Assembly: GCA_020536535.1 (NCBI GenBank)
Contig: JAHLWZ010000507.1
Coordinates: 1-54,717 of the forward strand
Reading direction: 5' to 3'
Origin: Pelomyxa schiedti
Lineage: Eukaryota; Protista; Evosea
Length of the DNA: 54,717 nucleotides
Position numbers and translations under genes: made by a program. Each line of letters begins with the position of its first letter. Positions within the stretch are counted from its first letter, which is position 1. Below the pieces are notes generated by a model, which had not been told where the DNA came from, did not search any database, and was given only the letters and a program-made list of their open reading frames with translations. Shown one piece after another: positions 48,620 to 54,717 of this stretch.

Positions 48620-51600
48620 ATGGCACAACCACCAGCCCCACAGCAGGCTGCAACAGACTTTGTCATACAGTTTGTGGCGCCAGGAAAGCAAGAGGAGATA
48701 CAAAAAGTGATGCCGCACCGCCACGATTTGTGCGTTTCTCTTTTAATTGTCGTGATTTAATCACGCATATAGACTCCATGGGTCACTCGGTCTAGCAAAG
48801 TACAATGGTGTGTGCTATGCGAGATTTAACTCGAAAGAGAGACTTGTGGCCTGTCTTTCAGACATGGTACACAACTGTACGTTTGAGGACGTTCAGTACG
48901 CCCTGGACGTGCCTTATTTCTGGAAGAAGGCGGCACCGGACCACGTTCTGTACACTCCCACCCCTGCCGAGCTAGCGCATTTGGATGCCCTAAAGAGGGC
49001 CGCGCTGGCTGCGCAGTCGCGCGTTCTCCCGCCACCCCCGCCTCGTCGGTCACTGGTGCCAACCATCAGGGGCACTCAGGCATATCCCGTAGCGAATCTG
49101 AACCCCCTTTTGAACAGTTTCCCACAGCACCAAGCGGCCTCGCCTTTAGCGTTCAATCCTTCACCCACCAATTCCTCTGCGGCCGCGTATTACGGCGGCC
49201 CTGCTGCAACGTTGCACAACCCTTACTTCTTCCACCCACCGCCGCAACCTTACTACAATTACAGCAGGTACAACAACTACAGCCCACCACCTCCTCCACT
49301 TGTTCCTTATCCCTTCCAGTTCCAGGCCTTCCCGCAACCACAGCTTGTTGTTGCACAACACCAACAGCAACCTTCACCTTCACCTCCACGCCCCCAATCA
49401 CCACAACAAGCCATTCCGACCGCAGATGCAGCTGTACATCAAGGGGCGTCTACATGCCCAGCACCCCAGCAACAAGTCGTAGTGCTCATGGTGGACGCGA
49501 ACAACAACGTTCTTCGCACCCAAACACCGTCGACTCTTCCGCCTGTGTTGCAGACCCTGCTCCAGCAGGCCCAGGCCCAGGCCCAGCCGCAGCAGGTTCA
49601 CGCTAATAATCAAAATGAAAATCAAAATCAAGTTGAAGCAGGCCGCCAACCTCATCCTCAATTCCAGGTTCAACCACCAGGTCAAGACTCCCCTAAAGTT
49701 GCCAAAGGGGGCCAAGGCTCATCAGTTCGCCACGGCCAACCTCAAGCGTTATCAGCCGATCCAGTTGCCGAAGTAGTGGCACCTCCTCCCGTTCCCCAAA
49801 GTGCAAACCCACAACCTGTTGTGAGTCCTCATCCTCGGTGGGTCCGGCAGCCGGAGGAGCAGGCTCCACCACCTTCATCTGAACCAGTCGTTCTCCCTGT
49901 TCAGCAAGTTCAAGTGCAAGCTGAAGAAGTGACACCTCATCCTGATCAACAAATTCACAAGGATCCCCACCTTGTGAGTCCTCATCATCAGTCGGCTGCA
50001 CAGCAGACCGAGCCTCCACCTTCACCTCAACCAGTTCTTCTCCAAGTTGTTCAACCTGAACCTCAATCTCAACTTAATGGTAGTGATGATAATCATGATG
50101 ACGCTTCAGCACCTGCAGTTGTGGAACAAGACGACTCGCCCCCTTTCTCTGGCGACCTGATTACTGGCTCTTCCGTGCTCATTGTCGGGGTCGCTGCACC
50201 ACCACAACAACAATTACCACAGAGGGTAGCTGCTCCTGCTCTAAATGCTGCTCCTAATCCTCCAACTGCGACCTGGTACCAGCTTCCTAGGAACGTGAGG
50301 CGAATAGATAGAGCGAACCTGAATTTCACGATTGCAGACACAAACAAGAGAGGTGAAGGTGCCTCAGGAAAAGTTTACCAAGGTACGTTTTACTATGTTT
50401 TCAGAGTTGGTGGCGAGTGTTTGTGATTTCGTACTAGGAAATTACAACGGTGCAAGAGTTGCAGTAAAGTGCTACAGGCCTATTCAATCCCAGGCCGAAT
50501 TGGATGCACTTCAGCAAGAAGTACAAAATTTTCAGTCAGTCTTCACTCTCCAACTCCCTCCTCTACCGCGGGCACTATTATTATTAAATTTAATTTAATT
50601 ATAATTATATAACCCACCAAAACCAACCAATTTCTCACAACCTATTTTGCGTATCTAAATTTCTCTAACCAACCCAAAAGGACTTGTCAAGGTAAAAACG
50701 TTGCCAACTGCTATGGTGCCTACATCAGTTCCACTGAGTGTTTGGTTGTGATGGATTTATACGAGTGTTCTCTATCTGACATGATCCGCAAGACTCGAGA
50801 CGATCTTCCGGTAGTCTTGTGGGATTTTCATCCACTCGACCTTCAGCTCATCCTTTGGGTGTCCCACTTGGCGGTATCTGCTAGAGGGTTTGTTGTTTGT
50901 CATCTCATCATCATATTGTAGGCTAAAGGGTTGTCTATGGTTCATTCAATGCGTCTCGCCCACGGGTATGTGTTTTGGCCATTCTGCCCTTTCGTTTTTA
51001 GAACTGTCACTCACCACCAACCCAGTGACGTGAAGAGTGATAATTTTTTGATGGATATGCACTTGAATTGTTATGTATGCCCAACTTTTCCAAAATAAAG
51101 CAAACTTATCAGCCAAAAAAAGCTTGCCGACTTCGGACTGAGCATACACTTGCCTAACCCACCGAAAGGGCTGCGCGGAACAAGTGAGTGTTCCTTTGTT
51201 CTTTTTTCCTTTTGTTGCTCACACACCCCTCCAGATGCGTGGATGGCCCCTGAAAACATAATTGATGGAACAGTCTCAGTTAAAACCGACATGTGAGTGG
51301 AGTCGGTCTTTCAACAACAATAATCACTTGTTTTCTTGCTTGACTCACCCTTTTTAGATATTCCTTCGGGATGCTGTTGTTCGAACTGGTTTCCCACACA
51401 TATCCATTCCAGAAAATGTTCGGAAATTCGTTCAACGACGAGGCAACGATTAAGTGTGCTCTATCAAAGGGTGTCAGACCGAAGATACCGAATACCGTCA
51501 AAGCAACAACGGGATCCCCAGTTCGCGTTCCAGTTCCGCATAAACTGGTATTATTAACCCACCCCACACATGCTTCTTGTCTGATTTTTCCTCAGAGGAT

Positions 51601-52021
51601 GTTGATCGAGAAGTGTTGGGCCCAAGAGCCAGACCAGGTCCCTCTATCTAGCATCTTCTCTTATCTTCTCTAATTTTCCCTTCTCTTCCAGCGCCCCAAC
51701 TCGATGGAAGAGGTCGATGCCCTGTTGCTTGATGTTTACTTGGACGTTGTTGCGCCACACCATCTTGCTCGTCGTGCTTGGATCAAGGCCCAGGATCCGA
51801 GTAGGTTATGGGAACTGGACCCCTGTGTATCCTGGAACACTTTTCAGAGAGCATCCAGCTGTAATGATTCTGTGAAGTCCGTTCTCTGTGGTGTGTGTCG
51901 CTCTGTTTGCTTTTGTCACTCCTCACCAAAAAAACCAGATGACCAAGGCAGGGTCACCCTGGTGAAATTGAACCAATATTACCAAAGCTTCTCCCAACAG
52001 AGCTCTCAAAAATCTTGTTGA
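48620..52021 (+). CDS. TKL-group protein kinase with N-terminal RRM-like domain, P/Q-rich linker and C-terminal EF-hand-like remnant
   Basis: GEGASGKVYQG, VAVK, AHGDVKSDN, LADFG, WMAPE, TDIYSFG, CWAQEPDQRP across about 11 introns; N-terminal NGVCYARFNSKE. Confidence 0.88.
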
Positions 52022-52211
52022 AAAAAAACTAAAAGAACACATGTTGAGAAACTCGTTGTTTTTGTTTTGGGTTTGAAAAAACTTCTTTGTATTTGGAAGC
52101 AGGGAGGCAGAATCACTCCAGCAATGAGTGTGATACCGCGGAATATTATTAGATACAGGTGATGTTGTGGGTTGCTGTTTGGCTGGAAAGAAAAGCTTGG
52201 TAGATTGCATG

Positions 52212-53944
52212 TTACGGATCCTCCTTCTCAACGTGGAGAGCAAGGAGCACAATTTCAGATACTATTCTGTCTATGGGTTCATTTTGCCAGTAACCAATGG
52301 ATACCCGGAATAGTGTAGTGTCAGTGGCACGATCTAATGAGGGAAACGGGTCAATACGAGACATCTGCCCTCCATAGGAAGTCTTCCATTCCAAGTTAGT
52401 TCGCTTTACTGCACGCATAAGGGCTCCACGTAGAATAGCACTCCTTTTGATGGCAAATACAGTGGGGCCTGTGCCGGGCACCAGGAATTTTTCCGCTTGA
52501 GCGTGTGTTGGGTGATCGGGAAGAGATGGATGAATGATCCGGAAGTTATATCCGTGGCTTGTAATTTGGGCTCCAACAGATTCCATGACTAGCGTGGCTT
52601 TTTTAGCTGCATTACGCACTCGATCATGAAGTCCCGAAAGAGCTGTAAGTGTGATTTTTGCATGCAATGGACTGACATGTATTCCATTTATGCAGTGCCA
52701 ATAGCGGGCCTTTGTTTACGTAAGAAGAAAGCTTTACAGAAAGAAACAGTACGGCTGCCATCACTGGAGATTCACGTGAACTGAGAATAAACCCCCCTAT
52801 GGCATTCCCACCGCTACAATACTTGGTGGTGGACTCAACTATGAAGTCAACGTTGTATTTAAATGGGTTACAGGCTGCCGCTGATAGCCAAGTGTTATCA
52901 ATTACAAAGAATAGATTAACTCCAGGACGTGTCTGTTGAACTAAATGGCGAACAGAGTCAACGCAATCAAATGCAAATAGGCGCCCTCTAGGGTTCGAGC
53001 ATGACTCAGAGAACACGACAATATTCATTGGGTGAGTGGGCCTGCTGCGAGCAATTTTTAGTACTGTTTCTTCAATAGCTCTTGCTGAAGAACAGTCTGC
53101 TGAACTTAGACTTGCACATAGGGGTGCTGAATCCACAATATACTCCAAAAGTGGCTGGGTATCAGCATATGTTTCTATATCACACACAATACTAAGCAAT
53201 GTTCTTGATTCCTTTGAATGAGCCAGGAAACCATTAAACAAACATGATATTGCTGCAAGGCCAGAAGGTGCTAAATCACACGAAATAGACATTGGAGGTC
53301 CAGAAGGCAACGAAGGAACGCTATATAGTTCACGTACAGCTTTGTCCAGCTCTTCTGTGGCCGTGGAGGTGATACGATTGTAAGTGGTTCCAGTCATCCA
53401 CTCACTAAATACCAACTTTTCCAAGTTTTGGGATTTCGTAGCTGGAGAGCTGTCCTGTCTTTCACATTGCGTGGTAGCATCACTGGCAACATTCTGAGAG
53501 GGATTGGCAGATTAGAAAGCGCCTGAAGGAATGGACATACATGAAGAATGAAATCCTTGATAGCTCTTATTTTTAAATCAGCCCTGCTTTCTGCAGATAT
53601 ATTTATCGCCAAGTCAAGACAATGACGACTTGAATAAAACGTTGAATGGAGTAACTTTATGATTTTGGGGGTCTACTTCAGTAACTCTGATGGAAGACCT
53701 GCAAGTACAGTTTCCATTCCCCTGATAAGCAAATTTCTTTCAAGAGTTTCAGCCTCACAAGACAACTTCATAAAGCGACGAGAGAGAAAAACTCAGATTT
53801 CAGAAGAAGCAAAACACCACCCATGTGCTGAGGTGATGGTGACTAATTGTGGGTCCTTTTAAGGCCACAGACCGAACATAATAAAAGAGAATTCTCCACA
53901 CGCCTCTTCACGACCTCCGCACAATTATGGTAGCATCGAGGTAG
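52212..53944 (-). CDS. Divergent Cys/Met metabolism PLP-dependent enzyme (cystathionine gamma-synthase/lyase fold); 5' end lost in the gap
   Basis: YNR, APSGLAAI, FSESCSNP, VIDNTW, ESTTKY (PLP Lys), IHPSLPDHPTH, TSYGG, FRVSIG; extra upstream exons run toward the N-gap. Confidence 0.82.
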
Positions 53945-54044
53945 NNNNNNNNNNNNNNNNNNNNNNNNNNNNNNNNNNNNNNNNNNNNNNNNNNNNNNNN
54001 NNNNNNNNNNNNNNNNNNNNNNNNNNNNNNNNNNNNNNNNNNNN
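53945..54044. other. Assembly gap (100 N)
   Basis: Run of N. The true gap must be longer because the 3' half of actin and the 5' end of the PLP gene are both missing. Confidence 0.98.

Positions 54045-54717
<673 letters not shown>

Overview
Gene-dense, intron-rich eukaryotic nuclear DNA; no prokaryotic operons, rRNA, CRISPR or recognisable transposase. Introns are short, mostly about 40-140 nt and GT-AG. The actin signature ([30 protein letters not shown]) points to an amoebozoan, most likely an archamoeba (Pelomyxa/Mastigamoeba/Entamoeba group; inference). I reconstructed about 22 genes by hand splicing. Recognisable genes: RPC5/POLR3E, a PINK1-like kinase with Sel1 repeats, a CH-domain protein, a METTL21-type methyltransferase, a RING E3, a bZIP factor, NTF2, a long-chain acyl-CoA synthetase, a secreted alpha/beta hydrolase, an AGPAT, an Ig-fold+IPT transcription factor, IMPase, Nup54, two actins, a TKL kinase and a Cys/Met PLP enzyme. 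The most interesting items are: (1) a PINK1-like non-RD kinase carrying a homogenised 108-bp Sel1 array that varies at fixed positions and may be splice-fused to the upstream CH gene; (2) a Cbl-TKB-like 4H+EF module with a ricin-B lectin in place of SH2, containing a GC-AG intron; (3) a UBA domain inserted inside a bacterial-type SGNH hydrolase; (4) a tRNA-like Pol III RNA with perfect A/B boxes but a non-tRNA acceptor stem; (5) a FAM120/asteroid-like PIN pseudo-nuclease; (6) an RRM-TKL kinase. All family calls come from motif recognition, not database searches, and exon boundaries are manual predictions.
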